Virus record (IMG/VR): IMGVR_UViG_3300021387_000272
Location: 1 to 64,000 of that record
Length of the DNA stretch: 64,000 nt
DNA from: a virus
Lineage: Duplodnaviria; Caudoviricetes
Direction: 5' to 3' (one strand)
In this document: one piece after another, positions 39,501 to 47,840 of the stretch
Layout: every line of letters begins with the position of its first letter
Position numbering within the stretch: the stretch's first letter is position 1
Position numbers and translations under genes: made by a program
The notes under the pieces: model-generated
What the model was told of the DNA's origin: nothing
Database searches by the model: none
Seen by the model: only the letters and a program-made list of their open reading frames with translations

Positions 39501-42500
39501 TAATAGCAGACACAATGTCTCTGACTTCTGAACAGGAGCAGCGTGATAGTCCTTACACTGAGTGGAACATAGAGAGAACTACTCAGATGATGGCTAATGC
39601 TACAGAATTAGTGAAAGCTATGAATGTGGCAGTTGAAGACAAAGATGTTCATTGGACTACTGAACAGGTGATGCAACTATTTGGAGAGCCTTTACCTCAA
39701 GAGACACCCAGTATTGCCAATCTGAACTTCTATTCAGGAGGTGCTGAAGGTGCTGATACTGAATGGGGAAATGCTATACAAGCTATCGGAGGCACTGTTA
39801 CTCACTATACCATTGACTTCTATGATGGACTATCCAAGGATGAAAAAGACAGACTTGAGAAGAGGTATCAAGAAGTAAGGCAAGCTTTAGGATATCATGA
39901 GGCTAATGACCCCAAAACAAAGAAGCTTCTTCGTAGGGACATGCTTCAGGCAGATAATGCTAAAGAAGTATTTGCTATAGGAACCATTAATCAGGAAACT
40001 CAGAGAGTTAATGGAGGCACTTTGTACGCAGTTACAAGAGCCCAGCTTTCTGGAAAGCCTATTCATGTGTTTAACCAAGCTGATAATAAATGGTACTTCT
40101 ATGATTATCAAGCAGGTGCTTGGTGGCAAGAAGATACTCCTACCATTACTCAGGATGCTGCTCTTATAGGAACTAGGGGAATTAATGCTGCAGGAAAACA
40201 AGCCATTAAGGATGTCCTAGCAAAAAGCACAGGTCAGCAACCTACTACACAACAAGGCCCTATTCAATCTCCTTCTACTGGAGGTAACGAAGGACTGCCA
40301 AATCTGAGTAACCTAAAGGGGAAAACTGTGCAGTATGGTGTAGAGATTGACCCTAACCTTATTCAGAATTACAGGGAGTGGCTAAATACTCATCCAAATG
40401 GTATTGTAGCATATAGAGTAAATAAAGCCACTTTTAATACTCCCCAGGCTGTAGAGCAGGGAATTATTGGAAATCCGTTTGACTGGCAGAAATATGGAGC
40501 TGGAAAAGCTGTAGAAATGTTCTATGATTGGCTTGTTAATAACAATAATTATGATGAGCCTCTAGCTACTGATGAATTCAGAAGAGCTATTATAGAGCGT
40601 ATACATAGTGCTCCTGAGGATACCCCTGTTCTTTATTATAAAGAATTAGGATATCCTTCTCATGCAACAGTTATAGGTTGGGCTATTAGTGAGTTTAATA
40701 GAATAAAGAAGGAAAAGGCTGCTAGAGACCAAGCTAGAGGTTATACTGATGAACAGGCAAAAAGAGCTATAGAATTGCTTAATAACAATATATCCCATAC
40801 TGAGGGTGTTATTGCCTGGCTTAATAATAAAATTAAGTATAACCAAGCTACAAGTGAGACATACACAGAGCTTGAAGAGCGCAGGCGGCAGCTGTCTGCA
40901 GCTCAATCTCTGTTGGACGGTCTTAACACTGGTAAATCCCAGATTATCATTAATCAGTATGGAGTACCACAAGTTGTAGAAAGAGCACAAGCAGAGAAGC
41001 CTGCTGAGAAAAATATTGTAATTAATGACACCTACGAGTTATCTCCAGTAGAGACAGAGAAAGAAGGATACAGTCAGGGTTATATCATAAAAAAGAAGAA
41101 TGCCGAGGGCACTCCTAAACAAGGTGCTGCCCAGATTCAAAGAATGATTGACCATGATGAGTTACCTTTAGGAGCTCATATTATGTGGCAAGGACTTACT
41201 GCTGAAGAGCTGTCTGAGCTTAATAAGGTTAAAGGCCTTAATAAGAATACAGATGGTTCTTGGACTGTGGGATACACAGAAAGAGAAGTGATACTCAGAA
41301 AGCAAAATGACACACTTTTGAATAGTCCCTTGTTTGGTAGTCATGAGCTTCATAAGTTGGCAGCTCTTACCATGTTTAAGTTGAGTGAGGTTATTACTCA
41401 GCTTCAGGAAGGCACTGTCAACATTGAAGATATTTTGATGGAAGAGTCTCTTGACGATGACCTTAGGAATACAGAGTTCAAGGGCATGGATAGAATTGAT
41501 ATTATTAATGCCATTGGACTTGATAAGCTCTTTAAGGATGTAATAAGAGAAGAGGTATTTAATGCAGATATTAATGAGAGGCTCCAAGAAGACTTTGACT
41601 TAGCAGAAAAAGCTCAGGTAATATATGATAATTTTGACGCCTTTATAAGGTTAGGTTATCAAGCACTGATTGACTTAGAGAATATTTCTATAGATACTGA
41701 GAAGGCAGTAGATACAGGCACTGACCAAAAGAAAGGTGAGAATGGCGAAGACCTTACTGATGAGGAAGTAGTAGCACTCTTTGGTAGCACTGTTGAGCAC
41801 TGGCAAGTAGGCTTTAGACAAGTAAGTACTTTTGCTTCTCTGAGTAACCTTATAAGAAAGCATCTGAATAGGCTTTATGTGCTTGATAAGAATGGTGAAA
41901 AAGTCTTAGATGAGTATGGTATTGAGAGAAACATAGATTCTCATGAGGCCGTTAGTAAGATTCTGAAGTGGACCCAGGGAGCTAGGAACCTTGAGGATAT
42001 GATAATTAAGCTTGAGGGAAAGATTGCCCAAGAGCCTTGGGTTAAACAGCTTACAGATGTTCTTAGAGGAGATGGCAATGAGCAATTCAAGAGCCAGTTC
42101 TACAGTAACTTCAAAAAGTATTTCCAAAAGTATAATATTATATATAAGGAAAAACAAAAGGATGGTTCTACTGTAACCAAAGTGAAGACTATCAATAGAG
42201 ACCCATTTGTGATTAACACAATGGATATGATAACTTCTCTGGACAACAGTAAGCATATTGGAAGCTTTAATCTGTGGAATCCTCGTACTAATAGTATTGA
42301 TACCAATGCACTAGCTAATGTTAAGCAAGGTGCTGAGGCTCTCACTAAACTTATAGAAGTCAGAAAGAGCGGTAATCCAATAACTACTCAATCTAATGGT
42401 TCAGAGATAGCTGAGGTAGAGGCAGCATTGAATGCTCTCAACATTCCAATGCCTAGTAAGGAATTGCTTATAAAGACTTTGGACAGTGTAAATGTTCTGC

Positions 42501-45500
42501 AGACACTCCAAGGTGCTTTAAGCGGACTCTTTGAGACTTTCATGAGAGCTCCTTCAGGAAAGGCTGACTACAAGTTCATTAATAATAAAACACAGTCCAA
42601 CTATAGGCGCATAGTAGAAGCCTTTGCTCCTGTAATGGGAGATGGTTTAGATAGTGTGAGTTACGAGGCAGGAAAACTGCATTACAGCTATGTTACTCCT
42701 TCTTACTTAAGTAAGTTTGTTGAGAACATGAAGGGTATGAGAGGTGATGTAAGGGCTTTCATAGAAAGTGAGTATGGCAATATTGAAGGATGGTTCAGAA
42801 ATAAAGCTAATAATGCTAACCAAGCAGGTGGAGAAGGCTGGCTGAATTACATCTTGGATAGAATGATGGACACTACTGAGGAAGCTAGGAAGACTAGAGC
42901 TAAGTTTGACCATGTAGTTGTTCTTAGTGATGATAGTATTGCCTATGCTGAAAAGTCTCCTGTGCAGTATGCAGCAAGTATGCTGAGTATGTACTTCTAT
43001 GATGACCACAGGCAAAGTGCTTACTTCCGTATTCCTATGATGTCTAATAAGCAGAGTGAGGAGTATATTAAATTTGATAGAATAGCTGATAACTTCAAAG
43101 AGGTTATTACTGACTGGCTTCTTGATAAGACTTATGCCCAAGAGCTTAATAGAATACGTGCTGTCAACTTTAGGAATAATGCACCAGCAGAACTTGAAAG
43201 GCTGAGACAAAAAGACAATCTTACTGCAGAAGAGCAGCAGAGACTTAATATTCTTGAGGAATATCTCAAAGACGGTAACCCTGCAAAGATTTCAAGCTTT
43301 GATGAAAATGGTGCTACCTTTATGTTCATGGAGTACCTCAATGACTATGTGAATGACAAGAATAGTGAGTTGGGTAAATTACTCCGTAAGCAGATTAATG
43401 GTGAGAAATTTGATGAAACTCAGAATGAGTCCACAAGATTCAGGGAGTTGCTCAGGGAAGCTATTGTAAGTAACTTGGATGCTAGATTTGACGAGTTCCT
43501 CAGAAATCTTAGCAGAGAAGGTTTCCTGCAGCTCAGTCCTTCTATGGAGGTCATCAAGGTAAATGCTTTAAAAGATAAGTTACCACAAGGAAAAGCCAAA
43601 GGTCTCTTAGAGGAGTTCTTCTGGAATGATATGTTCATGAGCATTAATATGATGCAATTACTCTGTACTGATATTGCTTACTACAAAAATACAGAGGACT
43701 TGCAGAAGCGTTTTGCTCAGTGGCATTCACCAGGTCTTAGGGGCAACACCGAGGCCACCATTAATGGAGAGAAAGTTACTGATGGCAATGCCCGTAGCAT
43801 GATTATTGCAGATAAAATTGAAAAGAGTGATGTCGTAGAGACCTTAGGAAGAGTTAAGAAGAAAGTTCTTTCTCAAGCTAGGTTTGCTGATAATCCCGCT
43901 GCCAGAGACTTAATGGAAGCTCAGATTGATAAAATCATAGATGCCTTCAAGGAAGTTAATGTAACAGACGCTCAGGCATATACTTCTCCTACTGGATATA
44001 GGAAGAAGATGGCAATCTTTGGACAATGGAGTGAAAGAGATGAGGAGGTATACCAGAAAATATTAAATGGTACATTTACTGCTGAAGACTTAGACGTTTT
44101 ATGGCAACCCCTCAAGCCTTTTGTATATAGTCAGATAACCAAGAACGGCTATAATCCATATATCCCTCTTCTTAAGATGGGCATACAGCAGAAGAACTCT
44201 GAATACTGTCTCATCTTGGCAGATGCTTTAATGAGGTCTGCAGGAGAAGAGAGTACTCTGACTGCCTTGTTTGACTTTATGGAAGAGTCTCACGGACTTA
44301 CAAGGAGTGGAAATCATTGGACTGGAACTCCACATGACCATGGTATTGATACTATAATGTTCAATTCAGCTGTTAAGACTGGTCTTATGGGAGTTTTGGA
44401 TATCAACTCAATGTCCCATGATGATATAGTAAAAGGTCTTAAGAAGTTTGCTGGAGTAGGACAGAATGAATATGATGACCGCTATGTGGATACTATTCCG
44501 TTTGAAGACTATAGTATACAGCAGTACAACCCTGCACACCTTGAAGGAGAACAGCAACTAGGTAGCCAGAATAGGGTACTAGTATTTGCTGATATGCCTA
44601 ATGAGATTGATGGAGTGGAGCAATTCATAGAAATCAATGGAGAGAAGGTAAGTGTCAAGCAGGCTAAGATTAATTACTTCAAAGCTATTGCTGAAAATAT
44701 AGCTATTTCTGAGGCAGGTGTAAGAGAAAGATTTGCTCTGGATTCTCCCAGTAGAAAGATTAGGAATGTAGCTCTCATGCGTGTCCTCCAAGAGGAGATT
44801 GCTAAGGATGCCAGGTATGGTACTGACCTTCAATGGGCTTGCTTACTTGATGAGTCAGGTAACTTCAATGTTCCTTTGAGTGACGCTATTCAGTCAGACA
44901 GAATTCAGCAGCTGCTTAACTCTATTATTAAGAATAGAATTAATAAGCAAGAGATTTCTGGAGGTCCTGTAGTTCAGGTAAGTAACTATGGTACTTCAAA
45001 GAATCTGAGAATTGTCCGTAATGCAGATGGTACTATAAAGTATTATGAATGCTATATTACTGCCTATGACCAACAGCTTTATGAAGACTTTGGTGATGGT
45101 AAAGGTGGTATAGACATGGAGAAAATTCAAAAGACTAATCCTAAGCTTCTTGAGATGATTGGCTATCGTATTCCCACTGAGGCTAAATACTCCATGGCTC
45201 CTCTTAAGATTGTAGGATTCCTGCCTAGGACAGCTGGTGAAGGTATTATGCTTCCTAAGGAAATTACTACTCTGTCAGGTTCTGACTTTGACGTAGATAA
45301 GATGTATATCATGCGTTATAGACTGAACAGGACAGACAACTCCGCAGAATTCATTAAGAAGGAAATGGAGGACTACTACTTAGGAAACAAGATGAGCGGA
45401 GCTAGAGTAAGTAGAGAAGATAGTGCAGCCTATAGAGCAAGACTTACGGGACTTGTAAGGGGCACTATTAAACCTACTACTGATACTGACCATCGAATTA

Positions 45501-47839
45501 TGTCCTACTGGAGGCAACAAAGGGAAGTTAAATATGAAGATTTTGCAGAAGGTAGATATCATAATGACAACTTGATTATAGCTACTCAGTGGGGTATTCT
45601 GACAAGTGGTATGGCAGAAGACCAAGTACTTGCCAGTGGTAATTTTGATGATGTTAAGCAGGTAGGTTATATGCTTGCAGCCATGGACAATGGTGTGCAG
45701 TATGACACTGCTTCTACAATGTCAGGTAAGGCTCTTAAGAAAGCTGCTTACACTAATAAGTATCTTCAGTATGCAGACACTCAGATACAATTCCATAAGC
45801 AGAACATGGTTGCTGCCAAGCTGATTGGTGTATTTGCTCAGGCAAATGTCAGCCATGCTATTGTAGGAATGTCTGATGTAGAAGCTAAAATCCAAATTCC
45901 TGAGGGAGGTGGATTCAGTATTAATGGTGTAAACTACAAGGAAGGAGCAACCTTTAAAGTAGATGAAGAGTATGGGCTAGACAATGCTACACGTATTAGT
46001 ACAGTGCTTGCCCAATTACTTGCTAGCTCTGTGGATGCTGTAAAAGACCCTGTACTCAACCTGCTTAATATTAATATGGATACTGTTAATATTGCAGTAA
46101 CCTTAGTAAGGCTTGGTCATGACCTTGAGTTTATTGGCTTATTCCTAACTCATCCTATTATCAAGCAGCTCATTAACAGGTACAATGTAGAAAAAGCTAG
46201 TGGTAGCTCCAATAGCTTGATGCAGACCTTGATTACCATGCAGAATGAGCTTATGGGAGAAGACAGGAAAGGTGCTGCTCTGCAACTTAAGTATAATTAT
46301 AACAAGGATTTCTTTGTCAGAGAACACCAGTTATCCAATAGGCAGGATGCAGAGTATCTGCAGTACAGAAGAAATATGGATTTGACTGTGCTGGAAATCT
46401 TCAAGAAACTCAATAATATGGCTGAGATGTTCAGAGGAGTAGTACATACAACACGTTATAACTCTATTACTTCTGCTGTAGGACCTTATGCTTCAGACAC
46501 TATGAATAATAGGTTGAAGGATGAGCAGTTTGCTAGCAATAGCTACGTAACTGATGACTTGAAGAAGGCTGCTGAGGGCATCATATATGATGAAAATGGT
46601 AATGAGGTTTCTATCATTCAAGCCTTCCGTGATACTAGTTCTGAACTTGAGAGGGAATTACTTGGTAAGAATATTATTCAAGCAAATGATGAGGCTTACA
46701 AGGTTTATTCTGCACTCAAGAGCAGGATGGGCTATATGTCAAATAAGATGGCTAGAGAGTTTGGCAGATTCTATATGTCTTACTACATGAACATGGAGTC
46801 TCCACTATTTGATTTAAGCTATGAGAACCGTAAGGAGATGCTTGATGAATTCCCCAACAAGTTCATGGCTGCAAAGAATCAGTATAGAGACAATGCATTT
46901 GTTCAAGCTGTAATGATGGACCAGGATAAGGCAGGTAACAGCATACTTGCTTTAAATACCAGAGGATTGACAGACACAGAACTTCAGTCCTTGAGAAGTG
47001 CTTGGTCAGACCTTTATACCTCCGAGAGAGAAAAAGGAATTGAGGACAAGGATAATCTCGCTTTGAAGCTGGTTGAGTATAATTTCTTCTTAGGTTCATT
47101 TGGATTTAGTCCTAAGACCTTTATGTCACTAACTCCTAATACAGTGAAGCTTGCTATTCCAGGATATAAGGAAAGTCTGCTCAAGGAGCTTGTAATGACT
47201 CCTGACAGAATAGACAATCTGCTTATGCAGTTCATGCTCAACTTAGGTTATGCTAACTTAGGTACGGTAAAGGAAGAGGATTTGAATTGGGGAAGTGATG
47301 ACTTACTGCCAATAGAAACCTTTGGTGATGTAAATGTCTCTGGTCTTGCCAAGGTACAAATGAAGGATGGTTCTACCAAGTGGCTTTATGTGGAGCCTAT
47401 AGGTAATTCCAGCTTAGCTCATGCGTACTTCGTAGATAAGCTCGGTGGAGAAAATCAGCAATGCTTTGAAATAGACCCAAGTAAAAAGGTGTATGAAATG
47501 AAATCTGTGGTGGAGAATGCAGAGCCCCAGAGTGCTCCTGCTCCTGACCCAGATTCAGGAGAGTCTGTAGCCCCACTAGTGGAAGATAATAGACCTATTT
47601 ATCAAAGGTTAATGGTTCTATTGACCACTTATTCTATGGATGACCCGAAGTTGAATATGCGGAATCTGCAAGACAGGTTTAATAAGCTCTATAATGCAGG
47701 ACAAGAAAGATATCTCAGTGAAACAACAGGTATTGACTTACCTACATTGGCTAAAATAGCAGAAGTCCTTGGAGTAACTCCTGAGGAACTTACTAAGGAT
47801 GTAAATGATTCTGAAAACAAACTAAATCTATGTAAGTAA
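36524..47839 (+). CDS. Virion RNA polymerase polyprotein, 3771 aa (helicase + zincin + SLOG + DUF4326-like + two-barrel RNAP)
   Basis: YRIPTEAKYSM...MLPKEITTLSGSDFDVDKMY catalytic loop (DFDVD at 45284-45298); DLQKR; four recognisable N-terminal domains. Confidence 0.9.
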   Translation: MAVSCVVTISPGFKKLLEKTHFSRGTLKSIIHEYQNTPSLWELGSQGEPSEKYVLNYFNRRTVGTPEQIAVWKGRYRAPHVYETYQDAVAARNVASQWFEDEDIMVYENDKHKWVLMIARPLDVFTIRKNSDAWLQDLQKDVDTTVNSGAVGRYIPDKRNKGKTAVAMDFLGKRLDNFYRQRGLKVRSKWSERNKKWLVEYAPEERGYVDDLTGGITDWTEGQKNAIDTLVNFLQNPGGGRYMLLEGAAGTGKTTLINEVLQRLEVTGKPSVLVGALSHKAKGVLGSKISKANRKKYTINAKSLAGMLGMKMTMKNINGSWQEVFEVDKHARRMGIPIQAASIVFIDEASMVSEEAMSYIEDLASAGTKIVFLGDQRQLPPIRTGGTEFWNQHPEFLVNPEADSPVFTRTDIPRVSLTERVRQGEDSPIHLVTDQFGNYTLQGGEFPNLSNVESSKDLRLVIENPATNLAEQMLPLFQEGMKIQNPNFAKIVAFTNAKVNQYNRELHFLLHPEMAASQDMNFAEGDLITMYDSFTYGNDTEPTVYNAEEGIVVSSSNTRHMSTTTGADIRYRDYTIKMQDDRTVTIPVLEQDATNIQNFNSALEQLKKEAINVGGRAWIPYFNLKGSMANMKMGYASTIHKSQGSTYQVVGVDTTDNFGSARFKSQGIYTALTRAANISILKGMGSTNAAPTAESISKANAREIARRQGMQIAGTPLSAEQVAFIKSEVDGVAKIIKDASVTITAMNLSKASPVTVKGVNDFKDGDTSTASAVCKSIINSPNATAQQKAYAKALLPLLAKMDFDILFATEENPIIQERLRKTRMEHWNAAGSTFNSKEAGLGYDIHIKVGVRKNQVIPEKVLLHEITHALTSNRLRNDAEFRRGIDQLSQYVQEWVRQNKDESQMVMQNYGGADIPFDIYGFRNYQDSGYADFVAEAMSNASFQELLKQIPAPRESELNTWQKLCKLVSDAFKKLFNISYKQNTTVYDMLIPVIADTMSLTSEQEQRDSPYTEWNIERTTQMMANATELVKAMNVAVEDKDVHWTTEQVMQLFGEPLPQETPSIANLNFYSGGAEGADTEWGNAIQAIGGTVTHYTIDFYDGLSKDEKDRLEKRYQEVRQALGYHEANDPKTKKLLRRDMLQADNAKEVFAIGTINQETQRVNGGTLYAVTRAQLSGKPIHVFNQADNKWYFYDYQAGAWWQEDTPTITQDAALIGTRGINAAGKQAIKDVLAKSTGQQPTTQQGPIQSPSTGGNEGLPNLSNLKGKTVQYGVEIDPNLIQNYREWLNTHPNGIVAYRVNKATFNTPQAVEQGIIGNPFDWQKYGAGKAVEMFYDWLVNNNNYDEPLATDEFRRAIIERIHSAPEDTPVLYYKELGYPSHATVIGWAISEFNRIKKEKAARDQARGYTDEQAKRAIELLNNNISHTEGVIAWLNNKIKYNQATSETYTELEERRRQLSAAQSLLDGLNTGKSQIIINQYGVPQVVERAQAEKPAEKNIVINDTYELSPVETEKEGYSQGYIIKKKNAEGTPKQGAAQIQRMIDHDELPLGAHIMWQGLTAEELSELNKVKGLNKNTDGSWTVGYTEREVILRKQNDTLLNSPLFGSHELHKLAALTMFKLSEVITQLQEGTVNIEDILMEESLDDDLRNTEFKGMDRIDIINAIGLDKLFKDVIREEVFNADINERLQEDFDLAEKAQVIYDNFDAFIRLGYQALIDLENISIDTEKAVDTGTDQKKGENGEDLTDEEVVALFGSTVEHWQVGFRQVSTFASLSNLIRKHLNRLYVLDKNGEKVLDEYGIERNIDSHEAVSKILKWTQGARNLEDMIIKLEGKIAQEPWVKQLTDVLRGDGNEQFKSQFYSNFKKYFQKYNIIYKEKQKDGSTVTKVKTINRDPFVINTMDMITSLDNSKHIGSFNLWNPRTNSIDTNALANVKQGAEALTKLIEVRKSGNPITTQSNGSEIAEVEAALNALNIPMPSKELLIKTLDSVNVLQTLQGALSGLFETFMRAPSGKADYKFINNKTQSNYRRIVEAFAPVMGDGLDSVSYEAGKLHYSYVTPSYLSKFVENMKGMRGDVRAFIESEYGNIEGWFRNKANNANQAGGEGWLNYILDRMMDTTEEARKTRAKFDHVVVLSDDSIAYAEKSPVQYAASMLSMYFYDDHRQSAYFRIPMMSNKQSEEYIKFDRIADNFKEVITDWLLDKTYAQELNRIRAVNFRNNAPAELERLRQKDNLTAEEQQRLNILEEYLKDGNPAKISSFDENGATFMFMEYLNDYVNDKNSELGKLLRKQINGEKFDETQNESTRFRELLREAIVSNLDARFDEFLRNLSREGFLQLSPSMEVIKVNALKDKLPQGKAKGLLEEFFWNDMFMSINMMQLLCTDIAYYKNTEDLQKRFAQWHSPGLRGNTEATINGEKVTDGNARSMIIADKIEKSDVVETLGRVKKKVLSQARFADNPAARDLMEAQIDKIIDAFKEVNVTDAQAYTSPTGYRKKMAIFGQWSERDEEVYQKILNGTFTAEDLDVLWQPLKPFVYSQITKNGYNPYIPLLKMGIQQKNSEYCLILADALMRSAGEESTLTALFDFMEESHGLTRSGNHWTGTPHDHGIDTIMFNSAVKTGLMGVLDINSMSHDDIVKGLKKFAGVGQNEYDDRYVDTIPFEDYSIQQYNPAHLEGEQQLGSQNRVLVFADMPNEIDGVEQFIEINGEKVSVKQAKINYFKAIAENIAISEAGVRERFALDSPSRKIRNVALMRVLQEEIAKDARYGTDLQWACLLDESGNFNVPLSDAIQSDRIQQLLNSIIKNRINKQEISGGPVVQVSNYGTSKNLRIVRNADGTIKYYECYITAYDQQLYEDFGDGKGGIDMEKIQKTNPKLLEMIGYRIPTEAKYSMAPLKIVGFLPRTAGEGIMLPKEITTLSGSDFDVDKMYIMRYRLNRTDNSAEFIKKEMEDYYLGNKMSGARVSREDSAAYRARLTGLVRGTIKPTTDTDHRIMSYWRQQREVKYEDFAEGRYHNDNLIIATQWGILTSGMAEDQVLASGNFDDVKQVGYMLAAMDNGVQYDTASTMSGKALKKAAYTNKYLQYADTQIQFHKQNMVAAKLIGVFAQANVSHAIVGMSDVEAKIQIPEGGGFSINGVNYKEGATFKVDEEYGLDNATRISTVLAQLLASSVDAVKDPVLNLLNINMDTVNIAVTLVRLGHDLEFIGLFLTHPIIKQLINRYNVEKASGSSNSLMQTLITMQNELMGEDRKGAALQLKYNYNKDFFVREHQLSNRQDAEYLQYRRNMDLTVLEIFKKLNNMAEMFRGVVHTTRYNSITSAVGPYASDTMNNRLKDEQFASNSYVTDDLKKAAEGIIYDENGNEVSIIQAFRDTSSELERELLGKNIIQANDEAYKVYSALKSRMGYMSNKMAREFGRFYMSYYMNMESPLFDLSYENRKEMLDEFPNKFMAAKNQYRDNAFVQAVMMDQDKAGNSILALNTRGLTDTELQSLRSAWSDLYTSEREKGIEDKDNLALKLVEYNFFLGSFGFSPKTFMSLTPNTVKLAIPGYKESLLKELVMTPDRIDNLLMQFMLNLGYANLGTVKEEDLNWGSDDLLPIETFGDVNVSGLAKVQMKDGSTKWLYVEPIGNSSLAHAYFVDKLGGENQQCFEIDPSKKVYEMKSVVENAEPQSAPAPDPDSGESVAPLVEDNRPIYQRLMVLLTTYSMDDPKLNMRNLQDRFNKLYNAGQERYLSETTGIDLPTLAKIAEVLGVTPEELTKDVNDSENKLNLCK
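37150..38570 (+). other. SF1B (Dda/RecD2-like) helicase domain
   Basis: LEGAAGTGKTT (Walker A at 37262), FIDEASM, LGDQRQLPPI, YASTIHKSQGSTY, IYTALTRA; all motifs intact. Confidence 0.9.
38880..39470 (+). other. Zincin-like metallopeptidase domain
   Basis: LLHEITHALT (HExxH at 39113-39127) and downstream DFVAEAMSNASFQELL. Confidence 0.8.
39715..40225 (+). other. SLOG-superfamily (DprA/YpsA/MoCo-carrier-like) domain
   Basis: FYSGGAEGAD...LLRRD..Q...VFAIG...GGTLYAV..A....KPIHVFNQ...GTRG. Confidence 0.75.
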
Positions 47840-47840
47840 T

